The notes: generated by a model from the sequence alone, not told the origin. Numbered from the whole stretch's first letter, positions 13,354 through 25,863 are shown. The stretch is 63,109 nt of DNA, filler included, from Octopus bimaculoides (GCF_001194135.2; 5 parts of 4 records of this genome joined end to end with filler, not necessarily neighbours in it); one strand, 5' to 3'. Numbers and translations are program-made.

Positions 13354-14437
13354 CTTATAGTAATTTTATTTAAACACTTATGAATATGAAAGTATATGTG
13401 TAATATGTGGGGATGTATGTGAATGCGATTGCGTGTCAACATACAAATATTCTATCCACCAATAATCATAAGGTATTTTGTTAGCAATCTTAGCTGAAAA
13501 ATATTAAATGTATATATTATTCAAAAAGAATATTTAATTCTATAATGAACTAAGCAGGAGCGAATTTCAAGAGAAACTGCAATAAATACAAGAATTAAAT
13601 CTATTGAATAATAAAACCAGAAGAAAAAACCAGGTTCACTCTCTATTTTTTACTATGATTGTAACGACCAATATAGAAATTTCCCAACATCGATCAAAAC
13701 ACATTTCGCCTTCAATTAAGCTTATTTCAACTTGTTCAACAAACACAATGTCAATGTTATGAAGAAAACATCAGCAGTCTGAAAAATCAAGGCAATGAAA
13801 TTAACTACACACCTTAGAATATGTCAATTCTACCATTTGAATGATATTTCTGTAACAATATACTGCCCACTCAATGTCAAGCTTCTCATTTCGACACAAG
13901 TCTAAAAAGTGAATGTATCATCCACAGATAGAATTAAAAGGAATAGTATTAGACTCGGAAAATATGTTCTAAACAAGCACATAACATAAGTGTTCTGTAG
14001 AAACAGAAACTAATGAAATTTCATTTGATTCTTCCATTTCATATCGTGCAAAAAGAAAACGTTTTTGATGACAAATCCGTTCAGTTATTCAGTAGTTGAA
14101 ACTACAATACACTACGTTAATGGAGTACGAAAATTTGCTGTTTCTGCCTGGCTAGTTTAAAGTTTTCTTGTAGTCTTCCTCGAGATGCTCACTAAAAGAC
14201 AGGCAAACGTTAAAACAAGCACCTCACAAAGAATAGTTAATATATTTAATCTATTAACTATCTTAAAACAAATTACTTCCTTGTCTCTAGTTTAGCTCTG
14301 CTGATGCACACCAGGATTTGCGTAGTTATAGGTCCGAGGCCCTTGACTTGGATGGTAGCAAATATCAAGGAGATTCTAGAGGAAAGCTGGATGTTGAGCG
14401 GTGTCACGATTTTTCTTAGAAATAGTATATCGATTTC

Positions 14438-14912
14438 AAATTTTAGCCCAAGGCCAACAGTTTTGGGGAGAGACGTTAAATATATTATATTATCGACCTG
14501 TGTTCAACTGGTACTTATTACGACCCCGAAAGGATGAAAGGCAAAGTCGACCTCTTAGAAATAAAATATTTAAAATATTCTTTTGAAAACAAAACATTTT
14601 CAAAAAAATTTTGTCGAGCTTGAAACCTGAGCAGGGCATTATATTAAAAAGTGAGCAGAAACATCACTGATGATGCGACAAGGTCCGATAAAATTTCACG
14701 TCTCCACGCTGGTCTTAAATTTTGGCCCAAGGCCAGAAATTTGTGGGGAGGGGTTAAATAGATTACATCGACTTCAGTATTCAACAGGTACTTATTTCAT
14801 CAACCTCGAAAGGATGAAAGGCAAAGTCGACCTCTTAAAAAGTAAAATATGTTTTTGAAAACAAAAGCGTATTTTTATCTTTGTCGAGATTAAAATCTGA
14901 GCAGGGCATTAT
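14438..14912 (-). mobile_element. Two SINE family B fragments inside a local tandem duplication
   Basis: cgaaaggatgaaaggcaaagtcgacctc occurs twice, each time with the same non-SINE flank. Confidence 0.7.
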
Positions 14913-15089
14913 TTAAACACTTATGAATATGAAAGTATATGTGTAATATGTGGGGATGTATGTGAATGCGATTTAGTGTCAACATACAAATATTCTCTCC
15001 ACCAATAATCAGTAAAATAATTTCATTGTATAAGTCTCCGTCTCCTTCAGTAATTTCCCGCAGTGCTCCAGCATGGTCGCAGTCAAAGT

Positions 15090-15295
15090 CTGTGTGATTA
15101 AAAAGCTCGCTCCGCAACCATTTCGTTCTGGGTTCAGTCACACTAGTCAGCACCTTGGACAAAATGTCAATTATAGCCCCAGCCCGACCAATACATAGGG
15201 AGCAAATTTGATAAACGGAAACTGCGTGGAAGTCCGTCGTGTATACATGTGTCTGTGTGCTGGTGTGTGTGTGTTGGTGTGTGTGTGGTATGTGT

Positions 15296-15332
<37 letters not shown>

Positions 15333-15480
15333 GTGTTTGTGCTTCCCTCCACTGCTTGACAACGAGTGTTGATTTATTTATGTCCCCGTAACTTAGCGGT
15401 TCAGCTAAAATGTTCAACAGAAGAAGTACCAGACTTAAAAACATAAGCGTTGAGTTCGATCTGTCCTACGAAAACCTTAC
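15090..15480 (+). mobile_element. tRNA-derived SINE family A (old copy, internal (GT)n)
   Basis: gggttcagtc head, aaacggaaactgcgtggaagtccgtcg core, gtccccgtaacttagcggttc tail. Confidence 0.7.
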
Positions 15481-15559
15481 AAAGAATAAACTCTTCTCGT
15501 CTACATTGAGTTAGAATTCATGAATACACACACTCACACTCACCAACACACACACACAT

Positions 15560-15725
15560 GTATATACGACGGGCTTCCACGCAGTTCCTGTTTATCAAAT
15601 TTGGTCTCTAAGTATTGGCCGGCCCGGGGCTATAATAGACACTTTGTCCAAGGTGCAGAATAGTGTGATTGAACCCAGGACGAAATGGTCGCGGAGCGAG
15701 CTCCTTGACTACACAGACATGTCTG
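15560..15725 (-). mobile_element. SINE family A head/core fragment
   Basis: tacgacgggcttccacgcag…gattgaacccagg is the reverse complement of the family A head/core. Confidence 0.65.
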
Positions 15726-16428
15726 CGGGACTGGAGAGAATTATATAATGCTTTCACTTTTTTTTTTATTATAGTAGCAACAATGGCAGACTGGTGGGTT
15801 TATTATTTGTATGGATTTAAAGACTGGTCGCCATTTAGTATATAATTTACTTACTGCAGGTTTACTGTTAATACCTATACAGATGTACATAGGTTTATGT
15901 ATTTCTTTGCTGTAGTTTAATTTTAAAGTTAATGTTTAATCCTGCCTAACACTTTGCAAAATCAGAGGTGGTCATCTTCTGTCAATGCGCTCTCACATAA
16001 CTAATTATGCATCTTTTGTATCTCTGAAACACTTTGTACTGCTAGAAAATTAAACTAAAAACATATTAAAGTTAGTTAAATAGTTGAATGAAATACAGGT
16101 ATTCGTTTATTCTTTTATTCTTTTACTTGTTTCACTTCTTTGACAGCGACCATACTGGAGCACTGCCTTAAAGGCATGATTTTTGTATGAAGTTTTTCAA
16201 TATAATGTCTTTATATATATAATGTCAATACATACAATGCATACATGAAACGAGGTACACATGAATATATATATATACATATGCATTCATGAATCCTAAA
16301 TAATAGGATTCTAATCCGTTAGCTCCGTAGATTGAAAAGACCATGATGAACAAGTCTTAATCAATTCTTGAATTTTATCGGATTCTCTGCAAAGGCGGCT
16401 ACATCGATTAAACCAATACCTTATTATT

Positions 16429-16482
<54 letters not shown>

Positions 16483-16595
16483 GTGACCTTTGTCGAAGTT
16501 CTTTTGTCACACATCCTATGACCTCTTCAGCGATTCTTTATCTCACGTGTCCCCACTCGTTCTGTTTAGCTCATACTATCTTTATTGTGGTATGA

Positions 16596-16653
<58 letters not shown>

Positions 16654-16803
16654 GGGGTTACTGATCATATGAGTCCTACGGCTGAAGGAAAAATAGAAAA
16701 ATACTAGATACTGTACTGATACCTCTATCAAGGAAACCAGATCATTTGAAGAAGGTTATTACACTCACAGAAAAAAGTTTGGGAATGAAAGCTAATATAC
16801 ATA

Positions 16804-17158
16804 GGCGCGGTCATGGCTGTGTGGTAAAAAGCTTGCTTTCCAACCGCTCGGCTCTGGGCTCAGTCCCACTGCGTGGCACACTGGGCAAGTGCCTTTTAGT
16901 ATAGCCTCGGGGCGACCAAAGCCTTGTGAGAGGATTTGGTAGACAGAAACTGGAAAAATCCCTTCGTGTGTGTGTGTGTGTTTGACAACCTGCTGCAGTG
17001 TGTTTCCGTCTCCTCGTAACTTAACGGTTCAGCAGAAGAGTCCAGTCGAGTAGGCTTTTAAAATAAATAAGTCTTGGGGTCTATTTATTCGACTAAAATA
17101 ACTTTGAACGTGGTGCCCCAGCATAGCCGCAGTCAAATGACTGAAACAAGTAAAAAAA
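16804..17158 (+). mobile_element. tRNA-derived SINE family A (near full length)
   Basis: ggcgcggtcatggctgtgtggtaaaaagcttgc…cagtcccactgcgtggcac…cagcatagccgcagtcaaatgactgaaacaagtaaa, followed by (AAT)n. Confidence 0.85.
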
Positions 17159-17299
17159 CAACAATAATAATAATAATAATAATAATAATGTAAATTTATT
17201 AATTACTGTAGTTACAAATAACATTGCCGCAGCACTGCCCTCAAATTGGCAATTTTTACAATGCTGGTGGAAGTTAAATGAAGTCAAAATAACTGCTTC

Positions 17300-17660
17300 G
17301 TGATTTTGGAAGGGAGTGGGAATCGATTGACTGGTGCTTATTTTATCGACTCCGAAAGGATGAAAAACAAAGTCGACTTCGGCGAGATTTGAACTCAAAA
17401 CGTAGAAAGACGAAATGCTGCTAAGATTACTTCGTAGCTAATAATTTCACCTTAGATTTTCTGCGATGTTCGGGATACTTGAAGACGACACAGCAGAACA
17501 CATTATTCTGGACTATCTTATTCCGCCGAGGCCGACTTTGCCTTCCATTCTTTCGGGGTCGATAAACTGAGTACCAGTAAAACACTGAGGTCGATGTAAT
17601 CAACAAGTCCCTTTCCCTCAAATTGCAGGCCTTGTGCCTATACTAGAAAGGATTATTATG
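17300..17660. mobile_element. Two oppositely oriented SINE family B fragments
   Basis: aaagtcgacttcggcgagatttgaactc (-) at ~17370 and ccgaggccgactttgccttccattctttcggggtcgataa (+) at ~17527. Confidence 0.7.
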
Positions 17661-17727
17661 GGCTATCATTTAAACAGTTCTTCCAAGCAAAGATATATTG
17701 TACAAACACACACACAAACACACATAT

Positions 17728-17769
<42 letters not shown>

Positions 17770-18123
17770 ATAGTTTCTTAGAAATTCAAATTTAAATTAT
17801 TTAAAATTATTTTAAATGATTTGTGACAAAATAATCTTTTACTCTTTTACTTGTTTACTTGTGGAGCACTACATTTAGTCGAAGAAATCGACTCCAGGAC
17901 TTATTCTTTGTAAGCCTAGTACTTATTCTATCGGTCTCCTTTGCTGAACTGCTAAGTTACGAGAACGTAAACACACCAGCATCGGTTATCAAGCAATGTT
18001 GGGGGACAAACATATACACACAGNNNNNNNNNNNNNNNNNNNNNNNNNNNNNNNNNNNNNNNNNNNNNNNNNNNNNNNNNNNNNNNNNNNNNNNNNNNNN
18101 NNNNNNNNNNNNNNNNNNNNNNN

Positions 18124-18162
<39 letters not shown>

Positions 18163-18699
18163 TTTGCATGCATTGGAAGAACGAGATCCAGCTTGTTATA
18201 TATGCGGATGCATGCTTTTCCAGTCACAAAGCATCATGCCAGTGACCAAGCATAATTCCATAGAAATCTTTACAATTTTGACTGTGCTCACTGGTAACCT
18301 TTACTGTTTATAATTGTATTCAGTACGATCGTTTTGTTTTCCTTTTGGAGCCTATTTGTACGTGAAGTCATCTCCCCTTCTACAAAACATGTCATTCACA
18401 GTATACATGGCTTTCATAATAACTGCAGCTCACTTCATCGGATGATAGTTGTAATTTTAGAACGGATATTTGCATTTTTTTTTTTTGTTTGATGGGGAGG
18501 AGTTTTTTTGTTTATTTATTTGTTTGTTAAGGTTTTGTTTTTCTTTTATTTATTTATTTATTTTGCTTTTTTTGCCTTTCGTGTAAACCGACGGATGATG
18601 TTTATTAATGACAAGGCATTGTCTGTGGCTGACAGAAAGAGAGAGGGGCGGGGTGTTGAGTGTTGTGGCTATAGGGACGGTAATAAAGATGATGAAAAT

Positions 18700-19079
18700 G
18701 ATGGTTGAGATTATAATTATGATTATGATTATTATGATAATGATATTAGTGGTGGTGTTGATGATGATGATGAAGATTATTATTATTATCATTATTATTT
18801 TTATTATTATTATTAGTGATGGTGGTGGTGGTGGTGNNNNNNNNNNNNNNNNNNNNNNNNNNNNNNNNNNNNNNNNNNNNNNNNNNNNNNNNNNNNNNNN
18901 NNNNNNNNNNNNNNNNNNNNNNNNNNNNNNNNNNNNNNNNNNNNNNNNNNNNNNNNNNNNNNNNNNNNNNNNNNNNNNNNNNNNNNNNNNNNNNNNNNNN
19001 NNNNNNNNNNNNNNNNNNNNNNNNNNNNNNNNNNNNNNNGGTAGGATAATGATGATGATGATGATTATCATTATTATTA

Positions 19080-19129
<50 letters not shown>

Positions 19130-19471
19130 GTTATTATTAACAAGCTTTCATTCAAAATTAGGAAGAGGAAGGGCATTTTGTATATTTTATATTTTGCGGT
19201 ATAAAATTGTAACATTATCACTCGATTCTTTGTCTTGATTAAAACAATGATGATGATGGTGAAGATGATGATGTTAGTGGTTGTGGTGGTGATGATGGTA
19301 TTAATAATAGAGATAATGATAATAATGAAAACGATAATGATGGTGTGTTGATGATGACGTTGATGACGACATTAATGATGAATATCGAGGTTGTTGGCGA
19401 ATTTAATAATGAGGATGAAAATGATTGCAATTATCATTTTCTCCATCACCATCATCACCATCATCATCATC

Positions 19472-19503
<32 letters not shown>

Positions 19504-19670
19504 CATCATCACCATCATCATCACTACCACCAACACCACCACTACTACAATCATCATCAACATCATCAGCACTACCATCATCATTATCATCATTGTCAGC
19601 ATCTTTGTCATCAACATCATGATGTTGACGGTAATTGTGGCATGATGACGACGGTGATGCTGGTAATGCT
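18700..19670. repeat. Compound (GAT/ATT/GGT/CAT)n microsatellite region
   Basis: Read directly; accounts for the poly-I/M/H ORFs here. Confidence 0.9.
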
Positions 19671-20000
19671 ACTCTTGCTAACTATTGTCTTTAACTAGAA
19701 ATGAGAAATGCTAGCATTAAATAGAAATGACAACGCCGGTACTAAAACCAAGAATTTCAAAAACTTTAAAAATTTCTCTAAACATCCCCCCTCCCCCCCC
19801 CAAAAAAAAACAACAACACATTCCGAATTGTATATACACAGGGTCTCGCAAAAAAACTGTATACGCACGTTCAATGTTTGTAAAAGTTATAGTAACTAGG
19901 TGAACAACTAGACAGACAGACATATAGATAAGTATATGGATAGACAGACAGACAGACAGACATGCAGGCAGGCAGACACACAGACAGATAGCTAGCTAAC

Positions 20001-20056
<56 letters not shown>

Positions 20057-20217
20057 ATATCGAACTCTTTATGGTTCCCTGCTATATATACATGCATGCA
20101 TAAATAAATGTGTGTGTGTGTGTGTGTGTAGTTAAAAGTGCTGTATTCTAGTCTAAAACATAAAAAGAAATCATAACATTATGTTGCACAATATATATAT
20201 GAAACAAAATATTTACA

Positions 20218-20252
20218 TAGCCGACCGGTTTCGCTTGTGCTAATTATGACTA
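20218..20252 (-). ncRNA. Degenerate minimal type-I hammerhead ribozyme motif
   Basis: Minus strand TAGTC-ataatta-GC acaa GC-GAAAC CG GTC-GGCTA: 5-bp stem I, 2-bp stem II, palindromic ACCGGT stem III; core matches CUGAUGA at only 4/7. Confidence 0.45.
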
Positions 20253-20450
20253 AGATGTGAATGACACTTTCATGCCATCATAACAAGCTTTCATTCAAAA
20301 TTAGGAAGAGGAAGGGCATTTTGTATATTTTATATTTTACGGTATAAAATTGTAACATTATCACTCGATTCTTTGTCTTGATTAAAACAAGCGGAACCGA
20401 TCGACTNNNNNNNNNNNNNNNNNNNNNNNNNNNNNNNNNNNNNNNNNNNN

Positions 20451-20462
20451 TTAATTAATTAA
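20451..20462. other. Assembly spacer TTAATTAATTAA (44N-12-44N)
   Basis: Palindromic six-frame-stop linker centred in a 100-nt gap; the same pattern recurs at 43294, 57054 and 61377. Confidence 0.95.
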
Positions 20463-20511
20463 NNNNNNNNNNNNNNNNNNNNNNNNNNNNNNNNNNNNNN
20501 NNNNNNCAAAG

Positions 20512-20564
<53 letters not shown>

Positions 20565-20577
20565 AAGGTTAGGGTTA

Positions 20578-20775
20578 GGCGGCGAGCTGGTAGAATCGTT
20601 AGCACACCGGGCGAAATGCTTAGCGGTATTTCGTCTGCCGCTACGTTCTGAGTTCAAATTCCACCGAGGTTGACTTTGCCTTTCATCCTTTCGGGATCGT
20701 TAAATTAAGTACCAGCTTAACCCCTCACCCTAAATTTCAGGCCTTGTGCCTATAGTAGAAAGGATTATCATTATT
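20578..20775 (+). mobile_element. tRNA-derived SINE family B
   Basis: ggcggcgagctggtagaatcgttagc (A-box-like) … ctgagttcaaattcc (B-box) … tttgcctttcatcctttcggg. Confidence 0.85.
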
Positions 20776-20829
20776 GTTATTTAAGATGTTGTACAGTATC
20801 ATGATGTTGTTGATTGAAGCTATCGTGTC

Positions 20830-21245
20830 TACTGGGAAGTTTGTAATGTCCGTCAAGTCAGAACAAGTACCTCACACAGACAGTACTTTATGCAATATGC
20901 GTGCAGTTCCAAGTAATGCCGATTTTCCTGATACACCTAGATCGTAGACTATTTCTAAAGTCACCAGATGTTTTTTCAGGTTGGGTGGTATTGAACCCAA
21001 TGCTCCGATGACAATAGAAACAACCTTTACGTTTGACTCTCGTAGTTATCTCATCTTGGCGATCTCAATTCTCATCTTTCCATATTTATCAATCTTTTTC
21101 TCTTTCTTTCATGATAATGCGTTGATCTCCTGGCACTGCAACATCCATTATTAGGCACTCTTGTTTGTCCCTCCTAAAGGTTACTATACCCGGTCTTCAG
21201 TGCTCTAACACCTCTGTCTGGAAGTCAAAATCACAGAGGATTTTT
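20830..21245 (-). mobile_element. R4/Dong-like non-LTR retrotransposon, RLE endonuclease 3' fragment
   Basis: Minus strand gives RPGIV…CLIMDVAVP…KYGKMRIE…VSIVIGALGSIP…LLGTARILHKVLSV. Confidence 0.75.
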
Positions 21246-21369
21246 TCCTTTCCCTTTTCGTCCACTACCTTTTCCGGTGTATGTTGGTAACAAGCATCCG
21301 TTACTTCGTATCTACACTTCCGGTATAGTAGCCAGTGGCGTTTTTGGGCTACCTTGTAGTGTCTGTGCT

Positions 21370-21372
<3 letters not shown>

Positions 21373-21456
<84 letters not shown>

Positions 21457-21470
21457 TCTTTCTCTCACTC
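21373..21470. repeat. (CT)n microsatellite
   Basis: Read directly from the sequence. Confidence 0.95.
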
Positions 21471-21639
21471 TGCGTAAGACTTTCACAAGTACTATCAATG
21501 TGGCTCACGCTTTCGACCCTCTTCCAATACATTCTGCAGAGATTCGTTGCACTTGTACATATCCCTTTTCACTGAGTTGGTATTCAATGCCTGGTCCTGG
21601 GCAGCAATGATTAAGCTTTTGTTTAAGAAAACATATGAA

Positions 21640-23235
21640 AATTATAAGTTTGTTTTAGAATTTGAGATCACATAGACAGTATTTTACGTAGGATATGGGC
21701 AGTTCCCATAAGCACTACGTTTTGAATTTCTGCCATTTTGGGGTTTCCTGGTATCTGAGTTAAGTAGGAATCAGCCCCTTTTGCTATCATTCCCAGGGCA
21801 CCTATGACAACAAGTATTGTTTTAGGCTTGAGGTTCCACATTTTGTCAGTTTCTATTCCAAGATCTTTATACTTGCTCAGTTTTTGGTAGGTCTTCACAG
21901 ATACATTTATGTCGATTGGACAGTCATATCAAAGAGGAGGCATGACTTCAATATAATGTCTGACCTTATCACGTCTATCTTTCTGTCAGTTTGAACGGTG
22001 AAGTTCCAGAGGAGTGGGATGTGGTCATTTTCAAGCACGGAAGGTGGTTTGTGTTCCCACCGGTTTTTATCATAGGGCAGGTCTAGGTTTTTTGCAAATC
22101 TTTACAAATTGAATATATTGTGCTACTCTATCATGCCTGTTGAGATACTCTGTAGGCACAAGAAGACTGCACATGGAGACAACATGATCAATGGTTTCAT
22201 TTTGTTGTTTACGTACACGTCATGTTGGGTTTCTGCCGTTCTTTAATATGTTGACCTTATAGCTTCTTGTAGGTAGGCATTGATCTTGGGCTGCTATGAT
22301 AAACCCTTCTGTTTCTGATTTTAAGCTTGAAGATACTAACCATTGATGGTAAGGGCTTTGTCAACATCGACATTATTAGCTCTCTTTGGGTATTTGCCAT
22401 TGAGAGGTTTTCCTTGCCATTTATCAGTAAGAATATCTAAGGCAGCAGTTTTAGCACAGGTTTTCATACACTTAGATTTTTCTGTGCTTGTTTCTAGTAC
22501 GTCTAATTCTGGGATTTGTTATATTTGGAATTCACTTAGATATTCCTTTGCCTGTTTTGCTAATGAGTATGATACTTTCTTGTTTTCATGTTTTGAGACA
22601 AGTTTTAACATCCAATAATGAGAGTTTTTCAGGTAGGTGTTTAGACCAATTGTGGCAATCTTCATTGTTAGTTCCAATTATAAAAGTCCACGGCCACCCG
22701 CCTTTCGTGACAGATAAAGTTGTTCTATGCCTGCCTTAGGGTGGTGCATTCTATGCATTGTCAACCATTCTCGTATTTTTCTGTCAAGATTACATATTGC
22801 AGTAATTGATATTTCAGTTAATGATATTGAAACTGTAAGTCGCGACCGGTATGGCTAAAGTACGCTTCAATCCTGCTTCTTGCATTCAGCTTTGTCTTGA
22901 GTATTGCCCTTACCCTGAGATAATATTCTTTTCTGATCCTTTCCCTCATCACTGAATGTTTGATTCCACCACCTTCAAATACCCCTATGTATTTGTAGCT
23001 GTCCACTGGTCCTAACTCCTTCATGACATTCTGTTGGTCAAGATTAACGTTGGATGTTTCTATCATTTTTCCTTTGATAAAGGTAACTTTTGCACATTTA
23101 TCGAGGCCAAATTCCATACTGAAGTCATCACTGAATTGTTTAACAATCGCTAGTAAGCCTAACATTGTGCTACAACAAGTAACCTTAGATGCCAAGAACC
23201 CTTCTAAGTATCCTAGCTGTCCCTAATAACAGTTT
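21640..23235 (-). mobile_element. R4/Dong-like LINE: RT C-terminal half, CCHC region and RLE (pseudogene)
   Basis: FSDDFSMEFGLDKCAK…YKYIGV…EYYLRVRAILKTKLN; KYKDLGIETDKMWNLKPKTILVVIGALG…GTAHILRKILSM. Confidence 0.85.
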
Positions 23236-23279
23236 TCTGGAGCTGTACTAAACTGTGTTTTATGCCTACTTCCTCTATC

Positions 23280-23825
23280 CATCTGTACAGTTCCAAGTAA
23301 TGCCGATTTTTGCAACACACCTAGATTGTAGGATATTTCTAAAGTTTCCAGACGTTTCCTCGGGTTAGGTAAGGTATTGAACTCAATACTCCGATGACAA
23401 CAGGGACTTATTATTATTATTATTATGTTGTTTTTTTTCTTCTTTCTTCAAATTTTCTTCCATTTCTCGCCGAGTGTTTTCCGTATACCTAGGGCAGAGA
23501 AGCTCATTGTATGCATTCCCAGTTTACACACGCAAATTCACAGGTAAAATATGTATTTTAAAAAAATTAATAAATAAATAAATTCATGAATGAATGTTGT
23601 TTTCACAGCGATAATGCTCTTCTCAGTACATGAGTCGTTCCAGTTAGCACGATTTTTTGCACTTCCTGTAGGGATGGTAAGCTTGGTATCATTTTAAAAT
23701 AGGTTTCAGTACCTTTTTTTTTATCATTCCTAGAGATCCTACAATCACTGGTATGGTAGTCGCCTTGAGGTGCCACATTTTTTCAATTTCTGTTAGCAAG
23801 TCTTTATATTTACTGATCTTATCAA
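23280..23825 (-). mobile_element. Two short R4/Dong-like 3' fragments separated by (TTA)n
   Basis: 23280-23405 VPVVIGVLSSIP…LLGT; 23620-23825 KISKYKDLLTEIEKMWHLKATTIPVIVGSLGMIKK. Confidence 0.75.
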
Positions 23826-24413
23826 NNNNNNNNNNNNNNNNNNNNNNNNNNNNNNNNNNNNNNNNNNNNNNNNNNNNNNNNNNNNNNNNNNNNNNNNNNN
23901 NNNNNNNNNNNNNNNNNNNNNNNNNNNNNNNNNNNNNNNNNNNNNNNNNNNNNNNNNNNNNNNNNNNNNNNNNNNNNNNNNNNNNNNNNNNNNNNNNNNN
24001 NNNNNNNNNNNNNNNNNNNNNNNNNNNNNNNNNNNNNNNNNNNNNNNNNNNNNNNNNNNNNNNNNNNNNNNNNNNNNNNNNNNNNNNNNNNNNNNNNNNN
24101 NNNNNNNNNNNNNNNNNNNNNNNNNNNNNNNNNNNNNNNNNNNNNNNNNNNNNNNNNNNNNNNNNNNNNNNNNNNNNNNNNNNNNNNNNNNNNNNNNNNN
24201 NNNNNNNNNNNNNNNNNNNNNNNNNNNNNNNNNNNNNNNNNNNNNNNNNNNNNNNNNNNNNNNNNNNNNNNNNNNNNNNNNNNNNNNNNNNNNNNNNNNN
24301 NNNNNNNNNNNNNNNNNNNNNNNNNNNNNNNNNNNNNNNNNNNNNNNNNNNNNNNNNNNNNNNNNNNNNNNNNNNNNNNNNNNNNNNNNNNNNNNNNNNN
24401 NNNNNNNNNNNNN

Positions 24414-24499
<86 letters not shown>

Positions 24500-24502
<3 letters not shown>

Positions 24503-25282
24503 GAGTGAGTGAGAGAGCAGCCCATCCCACTCAAAAGCCTGAATAAGATTTGTTTAGGGATGTTTCCAGAGGTGAATTATTCAAACCCCAAAGAGTTCCT
24601 CTCAACACATGGCTATGATGCTCCCCCACTATTTCTGCTCGTGATCAGAGATGCACATATTGTCAGCCATTAAGGGCATACCCAACTGGTTCAGGTCAAG
24701 CAAGTAACAAACAAATCTGTAACACTGAGCTGAATATTTGCTGTAGCCCATCTTTTATACCAAGACAAAACAATGAATTATCATTATTATTTGCACAGCT
24801 TCTAATGCTGGAGATGCACTACGGTGCCAACTGTTTACTACCAGTGAACTAAGCTAACACCCCTTATTTTTCGATCACCATCCGGAGTATTCGAGCGATT
24901 CCAAGCAGTGCTGTTTTCTGCAAATGCTCCACTCTTATTGCAGCCCCTATTTGTTCCATGAACTTCTCGAGATTTTTGCTCACTGTTCCCAGGACTCTGA
25001 CAATTATTGGTACTACTACCACCTTTTTCAGCGACCACAACTGCTTAACCCCCCCCCCCCAAGCTAACCTGTCATACCTATTGAATTTTCTTTCTTCCTT
25101 ATCACATACCTTGTTGTCAGCTGGACATGCTATATCTATGATCCAGCATAGTTTGTTTTCTTTCACAATTACGACTGTGTCTGGCTTCCTATACTCTATC
25201 TCATGGTCACACTGAATCATAAAATCTCATAGGATCTTTACATTATCATTTTCGATGATGCCTTCGGGTTTATGTTCGTACC
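24500..25282 (-). mobile_element. R4/Dong-like LINE 3' end (RLE and 3' UTR) ending in (TAA)n
   Basis: WYEHKPEGIIENDNVKILWDFMIQCDHEIEYRKPDTVVIVKENKLCWIIDIACPAD…HLQKTALLGIARILR; UTR ends ctctctcactc-(aat)n. Confidence 0.85.
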
Positions 25283-25320
25283 ACCTGGGTTCGATGTTGT
25301 TGTTGTTGTTGCTGTTGTTG

Positions 25321-25349
<29 letters not shown>

Positions 25350-25352
<3 letters not shown>

Positions 25353-25709
25353 GAGTGAGAGAGCATTGCATGCCATCAATACCCATCATGACTACCCGTC
25401 TGATAAGGGTACACCAAGTACATGCATCACAACCATATGTGCGCGACATGGTGACCTCATATCAAGATAAACAGCGCTTGACTTTGCAGGTGGGGCCCAG
25501 TTAGAATTTTCTTCAGGTCGAGTAGCCCATCTCGCTCAAAAGGTCCCTGAATAAGGTTTGTTAAAGGATGTTGAGCAAAACACCCATGTTTTCAAAGGTG
25601 AACTATTCAAACCCCAAAGAATTCCTCTCTGTAGCCCATATTTTTATACCACGACAAAACAATGTACATGATAACACTTCCAATCAATTAAGATCAATAT
25701 TATTATTAT
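25350..25709 (-). mobile_element. Short non-coding element sharing the Dong-like 3' UTR
   Basis: Shares ttgagtgagagagca, gtagcccatc, ggtgaa…tattcaaaccccaaaga and gacaaaacaatg blocks with 24500-24780; (TAA)n on both sides. Confidence 0.7.
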
Positions 25710-25757
25710 TATATATTATTATTATTATTATTAATATCATTATTATTATTATTATTA

Positions 25758-25831
25758 AGGTCACTGCCTGGAATCGAACTCGGAATCTTGGGGTTAATAG
25801 CCCGCGCTCTTAACCACTACGCCATATCCCC
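25758..25831 (-). other. tRNA-like Pol III cassette (A box and B box) in the PLE 3' region
   Basis: GGGGATA-TGGCGTAGTGG-TTAAGAGCGCGGG-CTATTAA-CCCCAAGATTCCGAGTTCGATTCCAGGCAGTGACCT; acceptor and T stems imperfect, so tRNA-derived rather than a tRNA gene. Confidence 0.75.
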
Positions 25832-25863
25832 GTGGGCAATTATGGAGTAAATTCTAGGGCTTA

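Noticed and set aside
14660-14705. ctgatgatgcgacaaggtccgataa as a hammerhead
   Set aside because: GAAA is absent (GATA), stem II is only 3 bp, and there is no stem I/III pairing.
15845-15900. Acceptor-like ttactgcag followed by a possible micro-exon
   Set aside because: The downstream GTTTAT is a poor donor, and there is no recognisable peptide.
20451-20462. TTAATTAATTAA palindrome repeated four times (20451, 43294, 57054, 61377)
   Set aside because: Always centred in a 100-nt N spacer and has stops in all six frames, so it is an assembly linker and not biology.
20566-20578. ggttagggttagg telomere-like repeat
   Set aside because: Only about two units, at a SINE/microsatellite junction; expected by chance.
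25758-25831. Possible tRNA-Asn (anticodon ATT) gene
   Set aside because: Acceptor, anticodon and T stems are poorly paired and it is embedded in a retroelement; treated as tRNA-derived.
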